This document shows, piece by piece, positions 35,200-47,194 of a stretch of DNA of 47,194 nucleotides. The position numbers and the translations under genes are program-made. Source of the stretch: Octopus sinensis (Eukaryota); assembly GCF_006345805.1 (NCBI RefSeq), contig NW_021834941.1:1-47194 (forward strand), in the 5' to 3' direction. How positions within the stretch are numbered: the first letter of the stretch is position 1; each line of letters begins with the position of its first letter. The notes beneath the pieces are model-generated. The model made no database searches. It saw nothing but the letters and a program-made list of their open reading frames with translations, and was not told where the DNA came from.

Positions 35200-36235
35200 G
35201 ATAACAACTAGATTGATCAGGTTGAAGGAAATGCACCAACTGCTGCTGCAAAGAAAATAAAATTAATTGCAAAGACAAAAGTACATGAAAAATTAGCTAG
35301 CAGATGGGAACAGAAACCTCTGCATGGCAAGTATGTGTGGCCCGTAGCAAACGAGCTGATGTCGACCTGAAACACACGCATCAATGGTTACGAAGCTCAG
35401 GGCTAAAAACAGAGAGTGAAGGTTTCATATTAGCTGCTCAAGACCAAAGCTTATTAACCCGGAACTACTAAGTCAATGTGATAAAAAATGGAGCTGACCC
35501 AAAATCCCGATTCTGTAACGATGAGATTGAAACTATAGACCACCTAATCTCAGGGTGTAGAGTCTTAGCACCTGTAGAATATAGAGCGAGACATGACAGA
35601 GTCGGCCAGTATTTACACTGGACAATATGTCGGCATTATAAAATCAAAACTGCTGACAAATGGTATAAACACCATCCTGAAGCTGTGACTGAGGGGTAAA
35701 TGTGTCGATTCTTTGAGACTTCCCCGTACATACCGACAAAACTATAAAAGCTAATAAACCGGATATTATTATAAAAGATCAAACAAAAAAGGTCTGTTTA
35801 TTAATTGACACAAGTATTCCTTAAGATCACAATATAGAGGCGAAAGAATTTGACAAGGTCAGTATAATTAAAGACTTGGTAATAGAAATTGAAAAAATGT
35901 GGCATCTCAAGGTAACTACAGTACCAGTGATTGTAGGATCTCTAGGAATGATAAAAAAAAAAGGTACTGAAACCTATTTGAAAATGATACCAGGCTTACC
36001 ATCCCTACAGGAAGTGCACAAAATTCGTGTTAACTGGAACGACTTATGTACCGAGAAGAGCATTATCGCTGTGCAAACAACATCCATTCATGAATTTATT
36101 TGTTTATTAATTTTTTTTAAATACATATTTTACCTGTGAATTTGCGTGTGTAATCTGGGAATGCATATAATGAGCTTCTCTGCCCTAGGTGTACGGAAAA
36201 CACTCGGCGAGAAATGGAAGAAAATTTGAAAAAAG
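35200..36235 (+). pseudogene. R4/Dong-type non-LTR retrotransposon 3' part (zinc knuckle, restriction-like endonuclease, 3' UTR)
   Basis: WEQKPLHGKY..QWLRSSGLKTESEGFILAAQDQSLLTRNY; (S)RFC..ETIDHLISGC knuckle; RHD; KPDI; IDTSIP; KDLVIEIEKMW..VPVIVGSLG; multiple stops and frameshifts. Confidence 0.88.
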
Positions 36236-36261
36236 AAAGAAAAAAAGAATGGTCTCAAATT

Positions 36262-36395
36262 TTGGGCCAAGGCCAGAAAGTTTCCGAGGCAGGGGCTGAA
36301 GTTGATTACATCGACCCCAGTGACCAACAGGTATGTATTTTATCGACTCCGAAGGGATGAAAGTCGACTTCGGCGGAATTTGAACTCAAATGTAA
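36262..36395 (-). mobile_element. SINE family B partial
   Basis: gattacatcgaccccagtg...aagtcgacttcggcggaatttgaactca. Confidence 0.8.
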
Positions 36396-36444
36396 CAACA
36401 ACAATTATAATAATTTCTTCTCTTAGCCCCGGGGGCAATAATAT

Positions 36445-36720
36445 ATCATCACTACTACCATCATCATCATCATTATTATCAGGGTGATGATGATCATGAT
36501 CATCATCATAAGCACTACCACCACCGCTACCACTATCATTACCCCACCCATCAGCAGTAGCAGCATCACCACGACGACGACCACCACCACCACCATCATC
36601 ATCATCATTATTATTACAACTATCAGTATCCTGATCATCATCGTTATAATATTTGTTATTATTATTATTATCAGCATCATCATCATCATCATCATCATCA
36701 TCATTATATTATTATTATTA
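36445..36720. repeat. (CAT/CAC/ATT)n mosaic
   Basis: Direct reading. Confidence 0.93.
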
Positions 36721-37271
36721 TGAGTGAGAGAGCAGTTCATGCCATCAGTGACACTGGGGTAAAATATACGAACCCAATATACCCATCACCCATCATGACT
36801 ACCCGTCTGATTAAGGTACACCAGGCACATGCATCACAACCATATGTGGCGCGACATGGTGATCTCATATCAAGATAACAGCACATGACCTTGCAGGTGG
36901 GGCCCAGTTTGAATTTTCTTTTTCAGTTAGTAGCCCATCCCGCTCAAACGGTCCCCCGAATAAGGGTTGTTTAAGGATGTTGAAAGACCACCCATGTTTC
37001 CAGAGGTGAACTTTCAAACCCCAAAGCATCCCTCTCAACACTGGCTATGATGCTCCCCCACTACTCTGCTCGTGATCAGAGATGCACATATCGTCAGCCA
37101 CTAAGGGACATGCTCAACTGGTTAAGGTCAAACAACTGGCAGCAATCTGTGGTATTGAGCAGAATATTTGCTGTAGCCCATCTTTTATACCAAGACAAAA
37201 CAATGTACATGATAACACTTCCATCAGTTAAGATCAGAAGCCATGAGAGCCACTGCCTGGTACTGCATCAG
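36721..37271 (-). mobile_element. Unclassified ~550-bp repeat E embedded in (ATT)n
   Basis: ATT triplets on both sides; its terminal 24 bp recur exactly, inverted, at 40733-40756 inside (AAT)n. Strand is inferred from the (AAT)n tail. Confidence 0.6.
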
Positions 37272-37313
37272 ATTATTATTATTATTATTATTATCATTAT
37301 TATTATTATTATA

Positions 37314-37600
37314 AGGCGGCGACCTGGCAGAATAGTTAGCACGCTGGACGAAATGCTTAGTGGTATTTCGCCTGCCGCTAGGCTCTGAGTTCAAATTACG
37401 CCGAGATCGACTTTGCTTTTCGTGCTTTACGGTATTTCGTCTACCGTTACGTTCTGAGTTCAAATTCTGCCGAGTTCGACTTTGCCTTTTATCCTTTCGG
37501 GGGTCGATAAATTAAGTGCCAGTTGCGTACTGGGGTCGATGTAATTGACTAGACTCCGTCGCATAAATTCCAGGCCTTGAGGCTCCAGTAGAAAGGATTA
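37314..37600 (+). mobile_element. SINE family B with internal restart at 37431
   Basis: Head, B-box and partial core, then ggtatttcgtctaccgttacgttctgagttcaaattc again. Confidence 0.85.
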
Positions 37601-37619
37601 TCATTCTTCTTGTCCTCAT

Positions 37620-37964
37620 GAACGATAGCATGAGGAACAAACGAGTAGGACACGAGCTTAACAACAGTTACAACAACATCAACCGCAAGACCATGAGCAG
37701 CAGCAGCAGCACAATAAAATCAACAACGAATATAAAACACCGGCAAATAACAACAAGAATAACGATTGCAACATCAAGAAACTACTGGGTTTTTTTCAAT
37801 TGCAACAATAATAATATTATCATAAACAAAACAATAAGATTAACGGCAACAAAATAATAACAAACACGTAAACAACGACAACAACAATAACAACAACGAC
37901 GACGACAACGACGACGATAATGATGATTATGATGAAGATTATGATATGAAGATATGATGATGAA

Positions 37965-37997
<33 letters not shown>

Positions 37998-38166
37998 ATG
38001 ATGATTGGATGATATGATGATGATTATGATATGATGAGATGAATGATTGATGATGAAGATGATGATGATGAAGATGATGATGATGATGAGATATGATGAT
38101 GATGATGATGTGATGATGATGAAGATGATGATGATGATTGATGATGATGAAGATGATGATGATGAA

Positions 38167-38217
<51 letters not shown>

Positions 38218-38235
38218 GATGATGATGATGAAGAT

Positions 38236-38289
<54 letters not shown>

Positions 38290-38475
38290 ATGATAATAAC
38301 AACAACAACAGGCGCAACCACAGGCAACCATATCAACAATAACAATGTAACTAATATTAGATCAGATAAGAATGAATGGCAAAGGAGAAGAAGAAGAAGA
38401 AGAAGAAGAAGAAGAAGAAGAAGAAGAAGAAGAAGAAGAAGAAGAAGAAGAAGAAGAAGAAGAAGAAGAAGAAGA
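37620..38475. repeat. (AAC/GAC), long (GAT)n mosaic and pure (AAG)n at 38385-38475
   Basis: Direct reading. Confidence 0.95.
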
Positions 38476-38609
38476 GATCAATGGAGGGAAAAGTCTCGCT
38501 TTCACGGTTGACTGACCAAAACTCATTGACTGAGTCCGATAGACTTGACTGGAAGTGCATTGTGAGAAAATTATCATCGACTTTATATTTCGTTTTTATC
38601 GCTTAGAAA

Positions 38610-39250
38610 TTTATAATGACCATCGGCATCATCATCATCATCATCGTCGTCATCGTCATCATCGTTGTTGTCGTCATCTCATCCCGTTCGTCGTGTCGGC
38701 GTCGCCGCCATTAGCATCGCGACCACCACCACCATCAGCATCGTCATCATCATGGTGATGGTCGTCGTCGTCATCGTCGTCATCATCATCGTTATCACAA
38801 TTGTCGCCGTCATCGCCACCATCGCTGTCGCCAACGTCATGTTTGTCGTCGTGACATCACCACCACTATCATCATAGTCGTCATCATCATCATCATCATG
38901 CCATTACAACTGACACCATGGACAAAGTTATCGTCGCCATTACCAAGGTCATCACCACCACCACCACCACCACCGCCGCCATCTCCACCACCACTACTAC
39001 CACCACCACTACCAACACCATCATCATCATCATCATCATCATTGCCATTACAACTGACACCATGGACAATGTTATCACCGCCGTTACCAAGGTCATCACC
39101 ACCACAACCACAGCCATCACCACCACCACCATCATCACCACCACCGATAGCAGAAGAAACAGCAACATCAGCAGCAGCTGTAGCAAGAGCAACACCAATA
39201 ACAGCAGCAGAAGCCGCAGCAGCAGCAGCACCGGTAGCAGCGCTACCATT
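38610..39250. repeat. (CAT/CGT/CAC/CAG)n mosaic with a 144-bp tandem duplication
   Basis: tgccattacaactgacaccatggacaa starts at 38899 and 39043. Confidence 0.9.
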
Positions 39251-39589
39251 TTAAACCTCGTCGTAATAGATGTTATACTGCTTTCTTTCTTCTTGATCGC
39301 TATATTTTTTTCTGAGTCTTTTTTTTTGTATATATATTTATCGTTTTATATATATATTTATATATTTTTATCGTATTTTATTTATCTTCATCATTTGATA
39401 TTACACATCAACGACATATCACGCACCAGGATCTTTGCTGACTCATGTATTCTCATGCATACATAGTTGTACATTCGCGTATGTAGAATATTGCACACAC
39501 CGTACTGACATAAATACGTATGCGTACACCATACATACATAAAAGTATAGATACGCTGTACAAAGACACGCTCACGCACATACATATAC

Positions 39590-40615
39590 AGATACGGACA
39601 CACATATACATATATATATATATAAATATATCAATATATAAATATACGCACACATGTGTATTATTACATGTGTGTGTGTGGTAGTGTTTGAGCGTGTGTG
39701 AGTGTGAGTGCGTGTGTGTGGGGGGGGGTGAATATATGATGGACTTCAAAAAATGAATATGAATAAAAAACCAAATGAAGTATGCCGAAAAATACTCACA
39801 TTTTTGTATCCGCGCGCACACACACACACACGGGATCACACACACACGGGATCACACACGTACATTCACGCGTGTATGTGTGTGTATTATGTATGTATGT
39901 ATGTATGTATGTATGTATGTATGTATGTATGTATGTATGCATGCATGTTTGTATGTAAGCAGGCGTGTATATATGTATGTACATAGCAATGTGTGTATGT
40001 ATGCATGCACGTATGTATGTATACATGCATGTATGTATGTATGCATGTATGTATGTATGTATGTATGTATGTTATGTATGTATGTATGTATGTATGTATG
40101 TATGTATGTATGTATGTATGCAGGCGTACATATATGTGCGTACATCTAGCTAGCTATCTATACATTTTTCTATATGCACATATATGCACAAATATATTCA
40201 TGTGTGTGCATGACTTATCGAAATGTACGTAAGAGAGAATGAGAGTAAGAGCGACAGAGGCAGAGACAAAGAGACAGAGAGAGAGAGACATATGGATAGA
40301 AACAGACAGAAAGAAAGACAGAGAAAGAGAAGAGAGAGAGAGAGAGAGGAGAGAGAGAACGAGAGAGAGCGTAGAGCTACAACGAGGTTTTATAGCTGGT
40401 TGAAGACGTGTAAAACGCCCCCAGAGACCGATTTAAAGAAAGAATTTAAAAGTGACAGGGTTGCTTTGTTAACGGTGATCGTTGGAAACACATGAAAGAT
40501 AATAATAACCAGAGGTAAAGTAACCTTTAAATACGGTCAGAATCATCATAAAGTATGACGGTAATAATAATAATAATAATAATAATAGTAATAATAATAA
40601 TAATAATAATATATA

Positions 40616-40673
<58 letters not shown>

Positions 40674-41064
40674 AATAATAATGATGATGATGATGATAAT
40701 AATAACAATAATAATAATAATAATAATAATAATGGCATGAACTGCTCTCTCACTCAATAATAATAATAATAATAATAATAATGATGATGATAAATCTCAA
40801 TTTCTAATGTGAAGATATTAAGGTTAGGATCCATTGAAGGGCGTAGCATCTTATATATAAAAGCATCGGTAAAAATATGTTTTGTACGTTTATATGTTTG
40901 TGAAGATGGCGGAGATTTTTTGGGGGTTTATTTGTTCTTCTTTTTTTTGTTTTTTTGTTATGAAAGAGAAGAATGCCGTCGAGGAACACGTGACATGCAT
41001 TTGAACTATGGCTGCCAGAAGGAGCATTCTAGATTGAAAGTGAACGGATGAAAGGTTGCTGAAG

Positions 41065-41097
<33 letters not shown>

Positions 41098-41116
41098 AGT
41101 GTGTGTATGTATGTAT

Positions 41117-41158
<42 letters not shown>

Positions 41159-41246
41159 TACATATATATATATATATTATATATATATATATGTATGAAT
41201 ATGTATTTACACATATACATGCATACATACAAACACACACACACAT

Positions 41247-41323
<77 letters not shown>

Positions 41324-41393
41324 GTATGAATATGTATTTACACATATACATGCATACATACAAACACACACACACATACACACACACACACAC

Positions 41394-41429
<36 letters not shown>

Positions 41430-41562
41430 CATAGACAGTCCTCTGACTTGAGTAACCTTTGCCCACAGACACACACATATGCATATACGTAAATGTATAT
41501 AGATATACACATATATGCATGCTTATTTATATATGAGTGCATGTATAAATATGTGCGTGTAT

Positions 41563-41600
<38 letters not shown>

Positions 41601-41650
41601 TTGTGTGTGTATGCATATATATATAGTATATGTATTTTGTATGCATGCAT
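39590..41650. repeat. (TATG)n, (GA)n, (AAT)n and (TA/CA)n clusters
   Basis: Direct reading. Confidence 0.85.
40733..40756 (+). mobile_element. 24-bp terminal stub of repeat E
   Basis: tggcatgaactgctctctcactca is the exact reverse complement of 36721-36744. Confidence 0.75.
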
Positions 41651-41908
41651 TTATGTAAATACACTCACACATATATAAACATATCGAGACGAAAGTTGAA
41701 GAAAGCGATTGGTCAGTAGTAGCCATATGTAGAATCTTCCTCTCAACCGGCACATGCACACACACACACACACACATAGACACAAACACACACGCACATA
41801 CGCACACATATGTATGAATCTGATTAAAGTTGAGAACTTTCGAAACTGCGCAAAATATCTAATATGAAAACAAACGTGTATGTGTTGATATATATATATA
41901 TATATATA

Positions 41909-43520
41909 TAGTTGCGGCCAAAAAGTTCAGAACGGCATTGTTTTCGTCAGAAAAGTAAGTATAAGTTTTTATCAAAGTAGTTTTATATTCTATAATTTTC
42001 ACAGACAATAAATACTATATTAACTGTTATTGTCTGAGATTTTGGTGTAATTTGAGAGAATAATACAAAAGTTATGGATGATTTAGTGATTTGCAAAACC
42101 CATGGCGGCCAAAATGATAAGAACGGTTGAAAAAATAACAAAATAATCAAAAATGACAGAGAATACTGGAATTATTTAATATTTAGTGTGAAGCCCTTTA
42201 GCTTCAAATACACTCTGATATCTTTGACTGCATGAGGAAATTAAATTTTCAATTTTCTTGCTGGGTGATCTAATTCCATTCTTCCTGAGGGGCATTCCAT
42301 AATTGCTCAGTTGTTTTAGGATTTCGGGCTTTCGAACGATCTCCTAGAATATTCCATACATTTTCAATAGGATTGAGATCTGGGCTTTGAGCAGGCCAAT
42401 CCATAACAATAACCTTTTCAGCCTTAAGGAAGTTCATGACCACCTTAGCCTTGTGACATGGGGCATTGTCCTGCATGAATATGGGTGGTTGCTTAGTTGA
42501 ATTTCTTCAGCACAGGCAAGACATGATCTTTTACAAGTTGTTTATAAACTCCTGCATTTACCTTTCCATGTAATCGCACCAAAGGGCCCACACCATCTCC
42601 AGATATCATCCCCCAAACCATGACACTTCCTCCACCGAATGTAACACTATTCTTAAGGCATTTAGGCGACAATTTTTCACCTACTTTTCTACGAACGTAC
42701 CTTTTCCCATCTGTGCCAAATAACATAAACTTAGATTCATCACTGAAATGCACCGTTTGCCATTTTTATTGAGACCACAACACATGTTTGGTTGCAAAGG
42801 TAAGACGACACTTTTTATTCTTGGAATTGATCAGTGGCTTCACTGTAGGTGCTCTTGCTTGTAGGTCATGTTCAACTAAACGACGAGACACAGTTTTTCG
42901 AGATAAAGTTTTCTTCAATACAATGCTCATTTTCCGAGAAACAGCAGCAGCAATTTTAAATCTGTCCTTTTTAAACAACTTTACCATAGCACAATCTTCT
43001 CTCTTGGTCGTTTTTCTTGGCCTACCTGTAAACTTTTTTGCTTCACACGAACCACAATCATCGTGGACCTTAAGAATACCGTGTACAACACTTTTTGACT
43101 TGTTAACAATCTTTGCAATATATCCAATACTTAAATTATCCTTCCTTCGAAGCTTAATAATCTGCTGACGAATTGGTAACGGAGTAAGTGGAATTATATT
43201 AACAAAGTACACTGCAAATATTCTTACTAATGTTTAGTAAACGAACTGTCACGTAAACAAATTCAAAACATTAGAGTTCACCGGTTAAATATACTAAAAC
43301 ACGGAGTAAAAGCAACCGTTCAGATCATTTTGGCCGCCATGGGTTTTGCAGTAAATCCCTAAATCATCCATAACTTTTGTATTATCCTCTCAAATTACAC
43401 CAAAATCTCAGGCAATAACAAATAACATTGTATTTATTGAATATAAAACAACTTTGATAAAAACTTATATCTACTTTTCTGACGAAAACAATGCCGTTCT
43501 GAACATTTTGGCCGCCACTG
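41909..43520 (-). mobile_element. Full-length Tc1-family DNA transposon with ~210-bp IR/DR-type TIRs
   Basis: TA-flanked. TIRs 41909-42129 and 43313-43520; each carries an outer and an inner copy of gcggccaaaa.g.t.agaacgg. Confidence 0.95.
42176..43200 (-). pseudogene. Tc1 DD34E transposase, disrupted
   Basis: HTH region and GRPR, FSDESKF, QDNAPCH, SPDLNPIENVW (34 residues between D and E); stops at 42766 and 42270; +1 frameshifts near 42500 and 42250; no in-frame ATG seen. Confidence 0.93.
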
Positions 43521-43540
43521 TATATTTATATATATATATT

Positions 43541-43914
43541 TTTATTCTTTCATTCTTTTACACGTTTCAGTCTTTTAACTGCGGCCATGCTGGAGCACCG
43601 CCTTTAGTCGAACAAATCACCCCCCAGGACTTATTCTTTGTAAGCCTAGTTCTTATTCTATCGGTCACTTTTGCCGAACTGCTAAGTTACACTAACATCG
43701 GTTGTCAGACGCTGGTGGGGGGGGGGACAAACACACACGCACACACACACATATACGATGGGTTTCTTTCAGTTTCTATCTACCAAATCCACTCACAAGA
43801 CTTTGGTCTGCCCGAGGCTATAGCAGAAGACACTAGGCCAAGGTGCCACGCAGTGGAACTGAACCTGGAACCATGTGGTTGGAAATTAAGCTTCTTACCA
43901 CACAGCCACATACC
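43541..43914 (-). mobile_element. SINE family A between the two Tc1 elements
   Basis: Tail ttcttttacacgtttcagtc to head ccacacagccacatacc. Confidence 0.9.
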
Positions 43915-43921
43915 GTATATA

Positions 43922-45451
43922 CAGTAGCGGCCATTATATAATCGTCAGTAAGAACAAGTGTATTGAAATATTTATTATAGATTAAGAACAGGTTGAGACT
44001 AGATATTTTACACATATTTAGATATTTTACCCATATCTATCTTTTATGAAAATTTCAAATAAATGGAATAAATATCGCAAGTTATGAGGAAATAAACAAT
44101 CTTTCAAGTTGCAGTAGCCAAAATTTAAGGGGCATTAGAAAAAACAAATGAACTACTAACCGAGATATTTGTTGTTTAGAAGACTGTTAATGGGCTAACA
44201 GTTACTTCTTATGGTCTTGCATTATTGGAACATTCAACTGCCAACATGTTCTGTGATGAAAAACAAAGCATTGTGTGCTTTCACCAAGAGAACAGGTCAA
44301 ATTCTGTGATAGCACCTACTGTAGTCTAGAAGTGTTGTGCAACGAATTGTATCTCGTTTCAAGTCGTCAGGATCGACATATACTAAACCCTAAACCGGTA
44401 GACCTGGTAAGCCTTCATCAAGGCAGGATCGTATTATGTTTAGAATGTCAACGAAGCATAGATTTAAGAGTGCTGCTAAGATTATCCTGCGAGTTAGCTC
44501 CACTTCCGATGTCAACGAATCGCGCAAAACAGTTTCTCCGAGGTTACGAGGTTCTGAGTTGCTTGCTCGGGCGCTGGCAAAGAAACCTCTGATCACCAAA
44601 AAGAATCAAATATCCCGTCTTCGTTTCGCTCTCGAACATGTATGGACAGAAGAACAGTGGTCGCAGGTTCATTTTAGTGATGAATCGAATTTTAATTCGA
44701 TTAGTTTCGATGGCGTGATTTACGTCCAACGAAGTGACGAAAGGTTATCTCGTGCATGTATGAAAAAGACAGTGAAATATGGAGGAAGCAATGTAATGGT
44801 ATGGGGAGTGATCTCTGCTGCTGCTCCTGGTCCATTTATTGCCTACAAGGGACTGTCAATGCTGAAATCTAGAAGTAGTTTCTTAGACCAAATGCCGCTC
44901 CACATCTCCGATCCTCGTCAGTTCAACCTCCTATCTTCGTGCAGGACAACGCTCACTATCACACTGCCAAGAGAGTCAAAGATTGTTTGAGTGATGAAGG
45001 GGTTGATCTCATGGGCTGGCCACCTCAAAGTCTAGATCTCAACCCTAAAGAAAACGTTTGGAAGATTATTGGCGATGAGGCACAAAGGAGAAATCCAGAG
45101 AACCAAGATGAACTCTTGGAATTATTGAAAAACGAATGGAACAATATTACTTCATCATTTTGCAAGAAATTAATTCAGTCCTGTGGTAACAGATGTCAGG
45201 AAGTCATTGATAGTAAAGAGAAGGTCAGAAATTATTAATAGTAAGGGTTTCTTTTTTGCTCTTGTTCCATTTTCCTGGTTTTTTCTAAGTGACTCTTAAC
45301 TTTTGGTCGTTGAAGTTTGCAAGATTATTTGTTTATTTCCTCATTACTTACAAAATATTCATTCCATTCACTTGAAATTTTCACGGAAGATAGATATTAG
45401 ATATATCTAAATATGTGTAAGATATCTAGTCTCAACGTTTTGTTAATCTTT
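43922..45451 (+). mobile_element. Second Tc1-family transposon, diverged long TIRs, right end truncated
   Basis: TA|cagtagcggcca start; 43976-44146 is an imperfect inverted copy of 45276-45450 (e.g. gttgagactagatattttacacatatttagata versus tatctaaatatgtgtaagatatctagtctcaac). Confidence 0.88.
44270..45238 (+). pseudogene. Tc1 DD34E transposase, frameshifted
   Basis: FSDESNF, GGSNVMVWG, QDNAHYH, QSLDLNPKENVW (34 residues between D and E); split over ORFs 44436..44990 and 44939..45238. Confidence 0.92.
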
Positions 45452-45453
45452 TA

Positions 45454-45917
<464 letters not shown>

Positions 45918-45920
45918 TAT

Positions 45921-46215
45921 ATGGCCCAGTGGTTAGGACAGCGGACTCACGGTTGTGGGATTGCGGTTTCGAATCCCAGACCGAGCGTTGTGAGTGTTTA
46001 TTGAGCGAAAACACCTAAAGCACCACGAGGCTCCGGCATGGGGTGGTGGCGATCCCTGCTGTACACTTTCGCCACAACTTTCTCTCTCTTTCTTCTGTTG
46101 GCCTGCTCGCTTAGCAGCGGGGTGGTGTCATTTGAAGGCTAAAAAATGCGAAGCGCATTGTTACCAGCGATGTGTAACAACATCTCATAGCGAGGTCGAT
46201 CACGGTCACAGTGAT
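45921..46215 (+). mobile_element. SINE family C (tRNA-derived, single copy in window)
   Basis: A-box tggcccagtggttagg and B-box ggtttcgaatccc at tRNA spacing, followed by ~230 bp of non-tRNA body. Confidence 0.75.
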
Positions 46216-46282
46216 ATATATATGACCTTGACTGAGACAAGTAAAACAGATATAGCTATCTTTCTGTTGTATTGGTGGTATA

Positions 46283-46490
46283 TTCTTTTATTTGTTTCAG
46301 TCATTTGATTGCGACCATGCTGGAGCACCACCTTTAGTCGAGCAAATCGACCCCAGGACTTATTCATTGTAAGCCTAGTACTTATTCTATCGGTCACTCA
46401 GGCTGAACCGCTAAGTTACGGGGACGAATACACACCAATATCGGTTGTCAAGCGATGGTGGGGAAAACAAACACTGACATACAAACATAT
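46283..46490 (-). mobile_element. SINE family A 3' half
   Basis: ttcttttatttgtttcagtc...ccgctaagttacggggacg. Confidence 0.88.
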
Positions 46491-46911
46491 ACATATATAT
46501 GGATAATTATTAATTTTTCTTCTGTTGTATATAGCCGTATGGCTTCGTGTTGTTATATATGCCTCATTTTTTGTCTTTTGTCTGTTGTATTTATATAATA
46601 CCTTGTATAATTTTCTCTTTTTCCTAGAAGCTTAATAATAGCACTGGCACTTCCAAAATTGAGTGGTCTTAATAGTAATGGCGCGAAACCACTTTGATAT
46701 TTTGGGTCATTGACTGACGAGGAAAGTTCAGCTGCAAATATTTTGTGTATCGTGTTTTTGTTTAACTTTCCCGTCCGTTAAGTTTTTGTCTACTTGCCTG
46801 TTTGATTTGCTTTCATCTAACTTATTCTTCTTGTCTTCTTTTTATTCAACCCTTGATATATATATAAATATTCAAATCACATGTAATTTATTCCTTATTA
46901 AATGGAATAAG

Positions 46912-47126
46912 ATAGCGGTGAGCAGGCAGAATCATTAGCACGCCGGGCGAAATTCTTAGCGGTATTTCGTCCGCCGCAATGTTCTGAGTTCAAATTCCAC
47001 CGAGGTCGACTTTGCCTTTCATCCTTTCGGGGTCGATAAAATAAGTACCAGCTGAATACTAGGATCGATGTAATCGACATAACCCCTTCCCCCAAAATTG
47101 CTGACCTTGTGGCAAAATTTGAAAAC

Positions 47127-47130
<4 letters not shown>
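46912..47130 (+). mobile_element. SINE family B (tail type 2), running into (ATT)n
   Basis: gcggtgagcaggcagaatcattagcacgccggg...aaatttgaaaaccattattatt. Confidence 0.9.
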
Positions 47131-47170
<40 letters not shown>

Positions 47171-47194
47171 TATTATTATTATCATCATCATTAT

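Noticed and set aside
38047-38606. Poly-D/M/R/K/E ORFs
   Set aside because: Translations of (GAT)n and (AAG)n arrays.
45921-45990. Possible genuine tRNA gene (also the heads of SINEs A, B, D and the 11.8-kb element)
   Set aside because: A and B boxes are present, but there is no complete acceptor stem or cloverleaf and the sequence continues into a SINE body.

Overview
AT-rich animal genomic DNA with no recognisable intact host gene. It is most likely an intron or intergenic region of an octopus (coleoid cephalopod) genome; this is inferred from the SINE families and the extreme microsatellite load, not from a database hit. Nearly all listed ORFs are translations of simple repeats. The real coding signal is decayed transposons: two Tc1-type DD34E elements (41.9-43.5 kb and 43.9-45.45 kb), several mariner pieces including a 5'-5' fold-back element (12.1-13.0 kb), a Penelope-type RT (17.4-18.2 kb), an R4/Dong-type RLE LINE (35.2-36.2 kb), an RTE LINE 3' end and a CR1/Jockey-group RT fragment. 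About 35 copies of at least five tRNA-derived SINE families (labelled A-D and mini here) are present, several nested with readable target-site duplications (TSDs). The best second-look items are a nearly complete type I hammerhead ribozyme fold at 20.7 kb, the fold-back mariner, a SINE dimer inserted as one unit, and a repeat that appears to target (AAT)n arrays. I found no evidence for a novel protein-coding system. Repeat boundaries are read by eye and are approximate unless a TSD or TIR is quoted.
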